Origin: Candidatus Latescibacterota bacterium
GTDB taxonomy: Bacteria > Latescibacterota > UBA2968 > GCA-2709665
Direction: 5' to 3'
NCBI GenBank assembly: GCA_965226795.1
Contig: CBDDDZ010000004.1
Span: 480,001 to 544,000, forward strand
DNA length: 64,000 nt
Notes under the pieces: model-generated
Told to the model about the DNA's origin: nothing
Seen by the model: the letters and a program-made list of their open reading frames with translations, nothing else
Database searches by the model: none
In this document: in pieces, positions 9,892 through 19,975 of the stretch
How positions within the stretch are numbered: position 1 is the stretch's first letter
Layout of the letters: the number at the start of each line of letters is the position of its first letter
Position numbers and translations under genes: made by a program

Positions 9892-12090
9892 ATGACAATA
9901 CAGGTCGAAGGCAGTGTTCGGGAAATGGCATCGGACCGCGGGCTGGTGAACGTCTGCGTTTCCAACGGGGAGCACATTATTCGGACGGATGCGGATGGGC
10001 GCTACGCCCTGGAGCTATCGCCGGGCGGGCATCGATTCATCTTCGTCACGGTTCCGGATGGCTACCGGCTCGGGGAGAATTTCTACCGGTCAACGCACGG
10101 ATGGTCCTGCGATCAACGCGGGGTCGATTTCGAACTCAAGCCGCTGCCGGATCGGGATCAGCGAACCTTCTCGATGGTCCATATCAGCGATACCCACGTC
10201 GTGTTGGACGAAGACCGGATTCAAGGCGAGGTGTTGTCTCAGGATCTGCGACAGCTCGTGCGGGAAGCAGCGCCGGACCTGCTCGTTGTGAGCGGGGACC
10301 TGACCGATTGGGGGACGCTGGCGGAACTCGAACAGTTTCGCCACGCCATCAATTCCGTTTCGACGCCGGTATTGCCCATGTTCGGCGGTCACGACGGAAA
10401 TCACGAGCGCTTTGGCGATCTGACTGTCGACGAGCTTGTCGCATTGAAACACCGGAGGGAATACGCGAAGATCGAGGAGATCCTGAAGCGGCGCGACGGT
10501 GAAACCTTCACCCGCAACTACGAACAGGTACTCGGTCCGCCATATTCCAGTTTCGATCGCGGGCGCTGGCATTTTGTCCTCTATCCGAACGAGGAAAATT
10601 TCTTCTCGCCACAGGACCGGAAGCGGAAGGAGGAATGGCTGCGGGCGGACCTGGCGCAGCAGCCCCGCGACCGTGAAATCGTCGTGTTCCTTCACAAGCC
10701 ACCGTCCATTCCATTCCTGAATTCGTTGCGCCGGTACCGGGTAAAGCTCGCTATGCACGGGCATTGGCACTCCAGCAAGGTGTTCACCCGGGACGGGGTT
10801 ATCGTCGCGACGGCGCCGCCGCTCTGTTTCGGTGGTCTGGATACACGGCCGCGGGGTTATCGTATCGTGGAATTTCGAGAGGAGGACTTCGCGTTCAGGC
10901 TCAGACCTCTCACACGGACTGCGAGCCCATCGCCACGCGAGGATAATGAGTCAATTTCGCTCGATAAGACCGGCAGGGACCTGCGGCTTCTCTGGACGCA
11001 TCAACTTCCCGTGGGGCTGCACCGGGCGTCGCCGGTCCGGTCCGGCGAGCGAATCCTGGTGAGCCTGGCCGACGAAGGTCATCCCGCGCAAAGTGGCGTG
11101 GCCTGCATTGACGCCCGAAGTGGCGCGCTTTCGTGGCGGATGTTTACGGAAACATCGGTGAAAAACAGCGTGGCCGTGACGCCTCCCGCGGAATCGGCAG
11201 AAGACGAGTCGGATTTGTGTGCGGCGGTGTCCGTTGCCGGTAGAGTGTATATCATTGAAACGGGCTCAGGTCGCATTCGCTGGCAGGCCGACCTGCCCGG
11301 TTTTCCGGAACGGTGGATCTATGCCTCTCCGGTGATTGACGGCGAGACGGTGTACGCCGGCGGCAAGGCCGGTATCGGCGCTTACGACCTCAATACCGGG
11401 GCCCAAAAGTGGTACGCTGAAATCGAAGGCGGCGACGGCTGGCCCTGCTACGCGAGCCCACAGGTCTGCGGCGACCTGCTCATTGTGCTCGTTCAGCGCC
11501 GGGGGTTGTTGGCGTTGGACAAGCGCAAAGGGACGGTGGTCTGGGAGCGCACCCTGGGCGTCGAAAATCCCTATGCTCGGCCGGCGGTGGACGGAGGACT
11601 GCTGGTCACCGGCAGCGACGCCCCCAGTCTTCACTGGTTTGAAGGGGACCCGGCGCACCTGGCCGTCCTGGGAGTCAATTCGGGCGAGTTGGTTTGGCGC
11701 CGGCCCGTGCTTCCGTCGAGGTATCCCACCGGTCTGGCGTTGCGGGGCGACCGGCTGTACGCGACAACGCCGGACGGCGAGGCATTGTGTTTCGACGTCC
11801 CATCGGGTGCGTTGCTGTGGCGCTTCCGGACGGACAATGATCTAATGGACATGGTTCCTGCGCGCCGCGGGGTTCGATCCATCCTTGCGGCGCCGGTCAT
11901 TTATAACGACTGTCTGCTCATCTGTGGTGGAGACGGTTGCCTTTACGTACTGAATGCGCGGACCGGCGCATGCATCAGCCGTGCGCCTTTCGGCTCCCCG
12001 ATCACGGCCGCTCCATGTCTGACGGAAGACGGGTTCTGCGTGGGTACCTATAACGGGCGGCTGTATTGTTTCGCTGAACATGAGGAATGA
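9892..12090 (+). CDS. Calcineurin-like metallophosphoesterase fused to a PQQ/BamB-like beta-propeller
   Basis: N-terminal VCVSNG..TDADGRY; SDTH, GDLTD, GGHD, GHWH motifs; repeated DxxTG..W propeller blades. Confidence 0.85.
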   Translation: MTIQVEGSVREMASDRGLVNVCVSNGEHIIRTDADGRYALELSPGGHRFIFVTVPDGYRLGENFYRSTHGWSCDQRGVDFELKPLPDRDQRTFSMVHISDTHVVLDEDRIQGEVLSQDLRQLVREAAPDLLVVSGDLTDWGTLAELEQFRHAINSVSTPVLPMFGGHDGNHERFGDLTVDELVALKHRREYAKIEEILKRRDGETFTRNYEQVLGPPYSSFDRGRWHFVLYPNEENFFSPQDRKRKEEWLRADLAQQPRDREIVVFLHKPPSIPFLNSLRRYRVKLAMHGHWHSSKVFTRDGVIVATAPPLCFGGLDTRPRGYRIVEFREEDFAFRLRPLTRTASPSPREDNESISLDKTGRDLRLLWTHQLPVGLHRASPVRSGERILVSLADEGHPAQSGVACIDARSGALSWRMFTETSVKNSVAVTPPAESAEDESDLCAAVSVAGRVYIIETGSGRIRWQADLPGFPERWIYASPVIDGETVYAGGKAGIGAYDLNTGAQKWYAEIEGGDGWPCYASPQVCGDLLIVLVQRRGLLALDKRKGTVVWERTLGVENPYARPAVDGGLLVTGSDAPSLHWFEGDPAHLAVLGVNSGELVWRRPVLPSRYPTGLALRGDRLYATTPDGEALCFDVPSGALLWRFRTDNDLMDMVPARRGVRSILAAPVIYNDCLLICGGDGCLYVLNARTGACISRAPFGSPITAAPCLTEDGFCVGTYNGRLYCFAEHEE

Positions 12091-12160
12091 GCAAAAGGGG
12101 GCACGCACCTCAATTACAAACTATTTTGGACTGGCCGGACAACAAATGCAGAACAGTTTC

Positions 12161-12201
12161 TTGTTGCACTGTGCCGTATTGCGGTATACTTTACGGTACG
12201 G
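12161..12201 (+). promoter_or_regulatory. Putative TA promoter with inverted-repeat operator
   Basis: TATACT -10 at 12185-12190 flanked by CTGTGCCGTA (12169-12178) and TACGGTACGG (12192-12201), 8/10 complementary. Confidence 0.45.
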
Positions 12202-12223
12202 TATCTGGTGATGGGAGACAGGC

Positions 12224-12517
12224 GTGCGGCGTTTCACCGATGAGCGTGGAAACGAGGTTCGGCTTACCGACGAGCGGCTCCGGCACCTGCTACGAAGGCA
12301 CCCTGAAATGGCCTTCCTGATGCACCGGTTCGACGAAACACTCGCCAGGCCCGATGCGGTGAGGTCCTCCAGGTCCAGCCCGACGGTCCAGCTCTACTAC
12401 CGGCTATACCCGGACCTGCGGGGCAGGAACCGCTATATTTGCCTCGTAGTGAAGAGGGGGACCAGCTACTCCTTCATCCTCACCGCCTATCTCGCCCGGA
12501 GAATCAAAGGAGATTGA
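12224..12517 (+). CDS. Putative RelE/BrnT-fold toxin (DUF4258/PBECR-like)
   Basis: 97 aa basic protein, VRLTDERLRHLLRRHPEM, C-terminal FILTAY; directly upstream of a DUF2283 gene. Confidence 0.65.
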   Translation: MRRFTDERGNEVRLTDERLRHLLRRHPEMAFLMHRFDETLARPDAVRSSRSSPTVQLYYRLYPDLRGRNRYICLVVKRGTSYSFILTAYLARRIKGD

Positions 12518-12519
12518 AG

Positions 12520-12945
12520 ATGGCCAGTAAGACGGTGTCTGTCTGGTACGACGACGAAGGGGACATGCTAGAGGTCTTGTGGGCGTTCAGGGAGGGGTAC
12601 TTCAGCCCCACCAACGACGAGCGCATCCTCAAGCGGCTGAGCGACGACGGAGAGGTGATCGGGTTCCTGATCCACGACATCAGCACGCTCAAGCAGCCGA
12701 GCCCCGTTGAGTTCGAGTTGGCGTCCGAGACCCCCGAAGATGATGTCGCCAACGTCACGGTCCGGCAGGCTGCCATTCGGTTGGGCGTCTCGGAACGCCG
12801 AGTGCGGAAGCTTGCCCGCGATGGCCGCGTTAGGGGGGCGACGAAGGCCGGAGGGGAGTGGCTGATTCCCACTCCTGTAGAGGTGATTCCGGGCAAGCGC
12901 GGCCCGGCTGGTGTCGCCGCGCGTATGGGTGTAATCGAGGACTGA
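12520..12945 (+). CDS. DUF2283 antitoxin fused to an excisionase-type HTH
   Basis: VWYDDEGDMLEV..GEVIGFLI, then TVRQAAIRLGVSERRVRKLARDGRV..GGEWLIP; AAGGAG RBS. Confidence 0.7.
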   Translation: MASKTVSVWYDDEGDMLEVLWAFREGYFSPTNDERILKRLSDDGEVIGFLIHDISTLKQPSPVEFELASETPEDDVANVTVRQAAIRLGVSERRVRKLARDGRVRGATKAGGEWLIPTPVEVIPGKRGPAGVAARMGVIED

Positions 12946-13171
12946 CTGATCCGGATTCGTCTCATCAATGTAGCGGCAGACACACTCCCGGATCCGCACC
13001 AGGGTACACGATTACAGAATTCGGGTAAAAGTTCACGGCACGACCACCCATTCATGGAACAGGTGCAGCTAATTTCGGAAGTGTTTGTTTCGGATTTCTA
13101 GTTGGGTTTCGGGGCGAGGCTTCGGCTCGGGAATCGAAACGCTAGTTTCCACGCGAAACCTGGGAGGTACT

Positions 13172-14173
13172 ATGACGGCACCATTACAATCACAACCGTG
13201 GGCGAGACCGGATTCACCCATTTTCAGCAATTCGCCCCCGCCGCAGCCGTGGATGAAATGTAACATCTATTGTCCGCGTGTCATTTACGCCGAGGGTAAG
13301 TACCGGATGTGGTTTTCCGGTTCGGAGGTGCGTCCGACGCTGTACAGAACGTGTATCGGATACGCCGAATCGGACGACGGCCTCGCATGGACGCTCCACC
13401 CCGACAATCCGATTCTGACGGCCGACAGTCTTACATGGGGTCAGAGCCTGCATACCCCCAGAGTGCTGTACGACGAGGACGAGCAACATTACAAGATGTG
13501 GTTCCTGAGCACGACCCACGTGGAGTATCGAGACGACGGCATCCTCGCGAAGGATATCCGGAGCGACCTGGGTTACGCGACCAGCAGGGACGGAATCCGC
13601 TGGGATTTCTGGCCCGAGCCCCTGATCCGGGAATGCCGGGCGCCGTGCGTTCACAAGGAAGACGGCCGCTATCGTATGTGGCTCAACGCCAGGCCCAACC
13701 CCGATGACTCGTGGGAAACGGCCTATGCGTACGTCTACGAATACGCGTCGGAGGATGGGATTGCATGGACGCGGCGTGAACACCCTTCCGTTCAGGCAAC
13801 GGGCAACACGAAGTCGTGCGTTTATCCGGACGTTCATAAGATCAATGGGACCTGGTACATGTGGCATATAGGCCATCTGAAGGAGAAGGACGGTCCGATG
13901 AATATGGTCTACCACGAGATCTTCTGCGATACGTCGACAGATGGAATTAACTGGACGCTGAATCACGAGAACCCCGCGTTTGCCGCCTCCCGGGATCTGG
14001 AACGTTTCGACTGGAAGACGGTATCGACGCCGTGCGTGGTGGATATCGGTGACACGTTGCGGCTGTATTACGCGGGGTGCAACCTGAAGACGAATTTCAA
14101 TCTGTTCGAGGGTGGAGACAACGGCGAGGGGATGCATATCGCCGTGGCGACAATGGCCAAAGATCAATTGTAG
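13172..14173 (+). CDS. Five-bladed beta-propeller glycosidase-like protein (GH32/43/130-like)
   Basis: Repeated blades P.V....YRMWF..IGYAESDDG..W..NPI; GGGAGG RBS. Confidence 0.7.
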   Translation: MTAPLQSQPWARPDSPIFSNSPPPQPWMKCNIYCPRVIYAEGKYRMWFSGSEVRPTLYRTCIGYAESDDGLAWTLHPDNPILTADSLTWGQSLHTPRVLYDEDEQHYKMWFLSTTHVEYRDDGILAKDIRSDLGYATSRDGIRWDFWPEPLIRECRAPCVHKEDGRYRMWLNARPNPDDSWETAYAYVYEYASEDGIAWTRREHPSVQATGNTKSCVYPDVHKINGTWYMWHIGHLKEKDGPMNMVYHEIFCDTSTDGINWTLNHENPAFAASRDLERFDWKTVSTPCVVDIGDTLRLYYAGCNLKTNFNLFEGGDNGEGMHIAVATMAKDQL

Positions 14174-14233
14174 AGCCCATGGGGGTATTTCATATACCAA
14201 AGTGGAAGACCAGGCGGTGAAACAGGAGCCGGT

Positions 14234-15112
14234 ATGCCGCGCGCAATTGATTTGACATTGGAGGTTATGAAGGCCGACGATATCTTTCCCATACCGGACC
14301 GGAAGAGCCGGATGAAGTGGAACGGGCCCTGGTGGCACATGGCGGCGCTGTACGAGATGGGGGAATCCGTGCGTATTCCGGAATCGGCCGTCATCAAGGC
14401 GCTGGCACTGTTGAAGAATGGCGCCTGGCCCAGGTTCGTCATCAGACGCGAGGATGCGCCGCGACGCGATTCCGACCGGGCTAAAATGGACTGTTGCCAC
14501 TGTGAATTAGGCGTATTTTACATGATACTTGCGTCGTGCGGCTGCGATGTGGATGCCGTACTGCCCTGGATTCGAGAGTGGTTGCTCCAACACCAGTTGC
14601 CGGACGGCGGTTTGAATTGCTCGCCGGCGGCCTATCGCGAGTCAGGAAAAAGCTCCATCGTATCTACGCTGCCTCCGCTGGAAGCCATTCTGTTCTTCAC
14701 CAATCGAAGATACACGGATGCTGAAATGAAATTCCTGGATGAGGGCGCGCGGTACCTCATCGAACATCGACTGGTTTGCTCGAAGAAAGATGGCCGCGTC
14801 ATCAATGGTGCGTGGTTGAAGCCGCTCTTTCCCCGCTTCTTCGAATATGACATCCTGAGGGGGATGTACTTTCTGGTGGAGTGGTCCCGAAGAACCGGTA
14901 GGTCGCTTCCCGATGAGGTTATCAAGGATGGCCTTGACCGGCTCCGTTGCCATATCGGCCCATCCGGGGTTGTCATCGGAAGACATGTGAACGATAAAAA
15001 CGGCGGGTGGCATGGGTACACGTTCCCGCTTCTTGAGTCGGTCGGAGCCGTTGGGACGGTATCGCCATACCTGACGAAACAGTTGAACACGGTGCTCCAG
15101 GCGACTAGATAG
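14234..15112 (+). CDS. Hypothetical protein, prenyltransferase/squalene-cyclase repeat-like
   Basis: WLLQHQLPDGGLNC QW-like motif; FPRFFEYDILRG. Confidence 0.55.
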   Translation: MPRAIDLTLEVMKADDIFPIPDRKSRMKWNGPWWHMAALYEMGESVRIPESAVIKALALLKNGAWPRFVIRREDAPRRDSDRAKMDCCHCELGVFYMILASCGCDVDAVLPWIREWLLQHQLPDGGLNCSPAAYRESGKSSIVSTLPPLEAILFFTNRRYTDAEMKFLDEGARYLIEHRLVCSKKDGRVINGAWLKPLFPRFFEYDILRGMYFLVEWSRRTGRSLPDEVIKDGLDRLRCHIGPSGVVIGRHVNDKNGGWHGYTFPLLESVGAVGTVSPYLTKQLNTVLQATR

Positions 15113-15165
15113 ACATCGGTTGAACCTGGGAAGGCACATGCCTGATGATCGGCTTCTCTGTCAAT

Positions 15166-15288
15166 CTGAGCGCAGTCGAAAAGCGCGTACCGTAGCGCGG
15201 TCATTGAGCTTGTCGAAATGCCCGCGTTGCGCCACCCATCGGCGACCCTTCGACAAGCTCAGGGAGCGACTCTGGGTGCAGGCTCCAT
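15166..15288. repeat. Cluster of REP-like palindromic units (CTGAGC.TGTCGAA / CTTCGACAAGCTCAG)
   Basis: Three units, two of them inverted to each other; 15208-15288 is the reverse-complement homologue of 50810-50963. Confidence 0.8.
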
Positions 15289-15523
15289 TCCGAGGTTTCT
15301 GCCGAGCGATGTACATCTCATCTCTTCTTGTCGCCATCAATGCCTTTTGCACAATCCCAGGATTGCATCAATTTCAGTCTCTTCATGCGGCTTAATCACA
15401 TATTATCACGACAATCAAAGTCAATCACAAACCAACGGACGCGTTTCAACGATAATTCCACGGCGCCTTATAGAGACTTATGGTCTTGGTTGCTGCTGAG
15501 CCAACCGATGCCGCGCTAGGTAG

Positions 15524-15907
15524 ATGACCCGAAACCGGGAGGCGCAACTCATGATGGCGGCGCGATATATCTTCTTTACGGACAACGTCGAACGTATGGT
15601 TTCGTTCTATCGGGACCTGATGAAGATGACGGTCCTGATGCCTCCGGAAGTGATTGACCACGACCCCAAAGGCTGGGTTCGGTTGTGCAGCGGCGGGTTC
15701 GAGGTCGGCATCCATCGCGCCGGAAAACCCGGTTGCGCGGGGCGGAATCGGAACAAACTCGTCTTCATTGTCAAAGACGTCGGCGCAACCCGCGAGGAAC
15801 TTGGGAAAGCTGGAGTTCGTATTGGTAAGCACCACATCCTCTCGAAATTCGAATGCTGCAACTTCAAGGATCCAGACGGAAACACGCTGCAGATTGCGAA
15901 TCGGTGA
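15524..15907 (+). CDS. VOC/glyoxalase family protein
   Basis: FTDNVERMVSFYRDLM..FKDPDGNTLQI. Confidence 0.85.
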   Translation: MTRNREAQLMMAARYIFFTDNVERMVSFYRDLMKMTVLMPPEVIDHDPKGWVRLCSGGFEVGIHRAGKPGCAGRNRNKLVFIVKDVGATREELGKAGVRIGKHHILSKFECCNFKDPDGNTLQIANR

Positions 15908-15948
15908 TGTCGGGGACCGTGTCAATCACGAAAAAAGAGGTGAATCCC

Positions 15949-16365
15949 GTGGAAGTCAGTAAGGTCATCCCCTTTTTCGCGGTGAAAGACATGGAGAAGT
16001 CATTGGCGTTCTACCTCAAAGGGCTGGGTTTCAGGATGGAGGGCAAGTGGGTAGACGAAGGCGTTATCAGGTGGTGCATGTTGCGCATCGGTAAGGCCGC
16101 GGTGATGCTCCAGGAATTCAGGACCGAAGGCCACGATTCACGGCAATTCAGCGAGAACAAAGGCGAAGGTGTTTCGCTGTTCTTTTTTTGCGACGACGCC
16201 GTCGGATACTACCGGGATATCAAGTCTCGTGGCATAGACGCCTCTGAGCCGTTTGTGGGCAACAGGATGTGGGTCACGTCCGTTTTGGACCCCGACGGGT
16301 ACAATTTATCCTTTGAAAGCGCCACGGACGTCCCGGAGGAGACGAAATTGTCGGATGTGGAGTGA
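15949..16365 (+). CDS. VOC/bleomycin-resistance family protein
   Basis: GAGGT RBS + GTG; VKDMEKSLAFY..GLGF..DPDGYNLSF. Confidence 0.85.
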   Translation: MEVSKVIPFFAVKDMEKSLAFYLKGLGFRMEGKWVDEGVIRWCMLRIGKAAVMLQEFRTEGHDSRQFSENKGEGVSLFFFCDDAVGYYRDIKSRGIDASEPFVGNRMWVTSVLDPDGYNLSFESATDVPEETKLSDVE

Positions 16366-16447
16366 AAGCAGGTGGGTTTCCGATCGAACTGAGCGGTCAG
16401 AGCCGTCCCGAACGGAGCGAGAACCCGGTCAGCAGAGGGGGTGCTGC

Positions 16448-17686
16448 ATGACTGACGCGGAACTGGAAGCAAAAGCCAACCGAATTCAGGCGGTTGTCGA
16501 GGACAACGTGCTGCAGGCGCACGGAATGATTCCCATGCTGGTGCGCGCCGACGATTTCCAGTTGCCGTCAGCGGAGGACTACCGCGGCGCATACCGCCAC
16601 CGGCATCTCATGGGCAAGACGGAAGCGGAGATCGGGATGGCGCCAATGCACGTCTGGCGGGCATGGGAGAATACGCCTACCGACACCGCGTGGTATCTCG
16701 GAGCGATGAGCTACCGGTATCGATGTGATGGCGATTCCGACGTCCTGGCGATCTGCCGGCGTACGTTCGGGGCGTTAAAGTATATCCATGGACTCGGCGT
16801 TGAGAGGGGCGAACGAGGGTACATGTGCAAACCGTATGGGGGCGTGTACAGCAACCAGTCTTCGGGCGATCAGGTGCAGTGCATTCTGGTCGGTCTGGCC
16901 GCCTACCGTCCCATCGCGCCGCCCGAAGACCTCGCCTGTATAGACGAAATCCTCGTGGACATGGCCGAGTTCGACATCAAATGGGAGTACGTCTCCCCCC
17001 ACGGTTATTTCGGCTATACCTATGAATCACTGGTGAAATCCATTCTGGGCGAGAACTGGATCAATGCCAACTGGTCCTACGCCATCATACATACGCCCCT
17101 GCTCTACCTGGCCTGGCAGGCCACGGGTGATCCGAAATATCTCCGGGAAATCGAGCGATGGTACGAGGCCTGCGATACGGGCGTCAGGTTCGAACGCCCT
17201 ACGGGAAAGCTGACCGGCGGCATCGGCTGGCGCGCGCTTTACCTGCCGGCACTATTGATGTGCTTCGACCCGGCGAACCACGAATTGTGGCGAAGCCTGA
17301 TGCTGCAGACATACGACATGCTTCAAACCGGCGTGCTGGACAACGGCACGTCACCCTACCAGTGGACCTGTGACATGGAAAGCGGTGAACGCGAAATCCT
17401 GCCGGCGACACTGTGGGGGGCCGGCCCCGCCACGACCGGCAGGTCGGGCATCTTCGCCAGGGCATGCGTCGCCGCACAGCCGTGGTTTCGCGAGGAGGAT
17501 ATGGCGCCCACGGCACGGCACATTCTGGAAAATCTGGATCTCGATACGTTTCGGTTTGTCATGCCGATGGAAGAAAACCAACCGGTACCGCCGGAGTGGA
17601 AGGTCGAGACCCGGCTGCTGGACATGGACAGTCTTACAGGATGGTTGTGGGGTTATTGGGAAGGACGGTGGCGAGGGTACTGGTAA
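16448..17686 (+). CDS. Hypothetical protein, probable (alpha/alpha)6-barrel glycosidase-like
   Basis: Helical pattern, TAWYLGAMSYRY, LAWQATGDPKYL; coding-like codon usage. Confidence 0.55.
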   Translation: MTDAELEAKANRIQAVVEDNVLQAHGMIPMLVRADDFQLPSAEDYRGAYRHRHLMGKTEAEIGMAPMHVWRAWENTPTDTAWYLGAMSYRYRCDGDSDVLAICRRTFGALKYIHGLGVERGERGYMCKPYGGVYSNQSSGDQVQCILVGLAAYRPIAPPEDLACIDEILVDMAEFDIKWEYVSPHGYFGYTYESLVKSILGENWINANWSYAIIHTPLLYLAWQATGDPKYLREIERWYEACDTGVRFERPTGKLTGGIGWRALYLPALLMCFDPANHELWRSLMLQTYDMLQTGVLDNGTSPYQWTCDMESGEREILPATLWGAGPATTGRSGIFARACVAAQPWFREEDMAPTARHILENLDLDTFRFVMPMEENQPVPPEWKVETRLLDMDSLTGWLWGYWEGRWRGYW

Positions 17687-17817
17687 GCGATCGGCGGGTA
17701 GCCGGAATCTGCCCGGTCCCTAAGCCGGTCATCCCCCTCCCTGAGTATGAAATCTCACCAGCTGCAGGCAGACCTTCAGCACGAATTGGCTCATTGAATG
17801 TCACACGGGAGGATCTC

Positions 17818-19920
17818 ATGAAACAGCGGAAAATACAGCGGATCGCCTTCCTTCAGGACTACCGGAACCGGCCGGAATCCCTTGTGGACGAAATTCCGGA
17901 GGTGGCCGGCCTGGGTTACCACGAGGTGACGGTATCGGCCCGGATCGGGCACGAAGAGGCCGTCAAGGCGGTGGCAGGGAAGGCAGAGAAATACGGCCTC
18001 GAGTTCTCGACGTTTACCGGATTCATGAAATACGCTTATGAGCACCTGGCCGAGCATCCCGAGCAGAAGACCGTATTCAGCAAAGATGCGGACCACGAGG
18101 AGTTGGGAAACCTGCCGGCCGTGTGGGGATGTCCGTATAACGAGGTGTTTCAGAAGCGGTACCTCGATTTTCTGGAAAACCTGGGTGGGATTCCGAATCT
18201 CACGGAAGTCTGGGTGAACGACGAAGCGTATTTCGGCAGGGACGTGGATCTGCTGGCGTGTTACTGCCGGACCTGCCAGGCGGACTGGGAAAGGGAATAC
18301 GGGGGGCGGATCCCCATGCCGCCGTTCAGGGATCTTGAGGAAAAGGCGCGGCTCGTGACATGGCGGTTCGACCGGTGGAATGACGTACACGGAAAAATGA
18401 AAACAGCACTGAACCATGATCACCAGGTCCGGGCGGTATTTCAGAGCGGCCCGCAACCCTTCTGGGATATCAATCCATGGGTGTGCGGCATAGACATCGA
18501 CGGCATGGTCGAGGCCATAGACGGCCTGGCCGTGGATGCCTACTACACGTGCGTGTTGCCGGCGGTAGGCAGCGGGCTGTTCACGCCGCCCGAGATATTT
18601 CTGAGCGAGTGCTGTCGTTTTATCCAGGGGATGACGCTGGGAGAGGACAAGGTGAGCGTGATGCTGGCGCAGGGCATGTCTCATCCCGAATTCCACCGGC
18701 CGCTGGACGAACGTGACGGATGGTGGCAGGCCGTGGTTCCGCCCGCCCTTGGCGTGGATCGCGTGACGACGTATACGTACCGGCTCCAGCGTGTGTCGCC
18801 GATGCACCGGACCTTCCAGGACGCGTTTCGCCTGGACCCCTACTTCGAACGTACCGAACCCGTGGTCTCCGTTGCGGTGGTGGACAGCCTGGAAACGCAG
18901 TGTTACGACGAGTCGTTACCCGCCAGGGGCCGCGAGAACTGGCGCATGAGCCGGATGTTCTCCATCGGACAGATGGCCTCACATAACGGTCTGTCCCACG
19001 GGTACCTGCCCTCGTCGAAGCTGGCTCCGGAACATCTCGAACGGTATCCGGTGGTGGTGCTGCCCAATGTCTCCTGCCTGTCCTCCAGCCAGCGGGATGA
19101 GCTCCTGGCGTACGTGCGGGATGGCGGCACGCTGGTGGCGGCGGGAGAGACGGCCACCAGGGACGAGATGGGACGTCCGTCGAACGGATCGTTTCTCAGG
19201 GAGGCATTCGGGATTACGTCGTGTACACCCGCGGGGGGTTCCGGCATCTTCAAGGCTACCAGCGACCACGAGGCGTTCGAGAACCTTCCATGGCCGGACG
19301 AGAGGACGGCCTGGGACCCCTGGAAGGGCAATAACCACCCTGTCCTCGGGCTGGACCTGGCGGTCGAAGCGGAGGCGGACGGCACGGCCGATGTGCTGGC
19401 GGTCTTCGAGGAAGCAGGGGCCCTGGGACCGCGTCCGGCAATCACATTGAAGCGACTTGGGGCCGGCTGGGGCGTGTTCGTGGCGGGCATCCCGTCCCGG
19501 TGGATGGACCTGAGGCCTGCGGGTACCAATGTCCTGAGCTATTCGCGCCAGGTGGTGGCGCAACTGATCCTGTCGCTCGTAGACGATCGGCTGCCCGTCA
19601 GGTTAAAGGGATTTCCGCCGAGGGTGCCTTTGCAGGAGGTGAGGCCGTTGGATATCCGCTGGAAGCCGACCGTGGAGATCATGCCCTCTGTGGGCGAGGA
19701 CCTGATCCTGGTCACGGTGCCGTCGTATTTCAGGGAACCCGGCGCATTCCGGATCGAAGCCAGGTTGCCTGAGGGCAAACGATGCACAGAGGTCCGGGAA
19801 CTGGTGTCGGATCAGCCCGTTACCGAGACCGGACAGAGTGACGGTACCGTGGAAATCGACGTCAACCTGACCACCGAGGACTTTCTGAAGGTGTACGCAT
19901 TCTCGCTGACGCCGGTGTAA
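17818..19920 (+). CDS. GH42-fold protein with beta-galactosidase trimerisation domain (paralogue of 25936-27957)
   Basis: GGGAGG RBS; WGCPYN, VWVNDEA, CYCRTCQ, YPVVVLPNVSCLS..YVRDGGTLVA. Confidence 0.75.
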   Translation: MKQRKIQRIAFLQDYRNRPESLVDEIPEVAGLGYHEVTVSARIGHEEAVKAVAGKAEKYGLEFSTFTGFMKYAYEHLAEHPEQKTVFSKDADHEELGNLPAVWGCPYNEVFQKRYLDFLENLGGIPNLTEVWVNDEAYFGRDVDLLACYCRTCQADWEREYGGRIPMPPFRDLEEKARLVTWRFDRWNDVHGKMKTALNHDHQVRAVFQSGPQPFWDINPWVCGIDIDGMVEAIDGLAVDAYYTCVLPAVGSGLFTPPEIFLSECCRFIQGMTLGEDKVSVMLAQGMSHPEFHRPLDERDGWWQAVVPPALGVDRVTTYTYRLQRVSPMHRTFQDAFRLDPYFERTEPVVSVAVVDSLETQCYDESLPARGRENWRMSRMFSIGQMASHNGLSHGYLPSSKLAPEHLERYPVVVLPNVSCLSSSQRDELLAYVRDGGTLVAAGETATRDEMGRPSNGSFLREAFGITSCTPAGGSGIFKATSDHEAFENLPWPDERTAWDPWKGNNHPVLGLDLAVEAEADGTADVLAVFEEAGALGPRPAITLKRLGAGWGVFVAGIPSRWMDLRPAGTNVLSYSRQVVAQLILSLVDDRLPVRLKGFPPRVPLQEVRPLDIRWKPTVEIMPSVGEDLILVTVPSYFREPGAFRIEARLPEGKRCTEVRELVSDQPVTETGQSDGTVEIDVNLTTEDFLKVYAFSLTPV

Positions 19921-19975
19921 TCTCCCGGCCGACCGCACCCATCAGGGAATTGCGAAAAACACGCCACCCAAAAGA

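Noticed and set aside
10980..12090. PQQ-dependent dehydrogenase
   Set aside because: Only generic propeller blade motifs; no quinoprotein catalytic signatures; fused to a phosphoesterase
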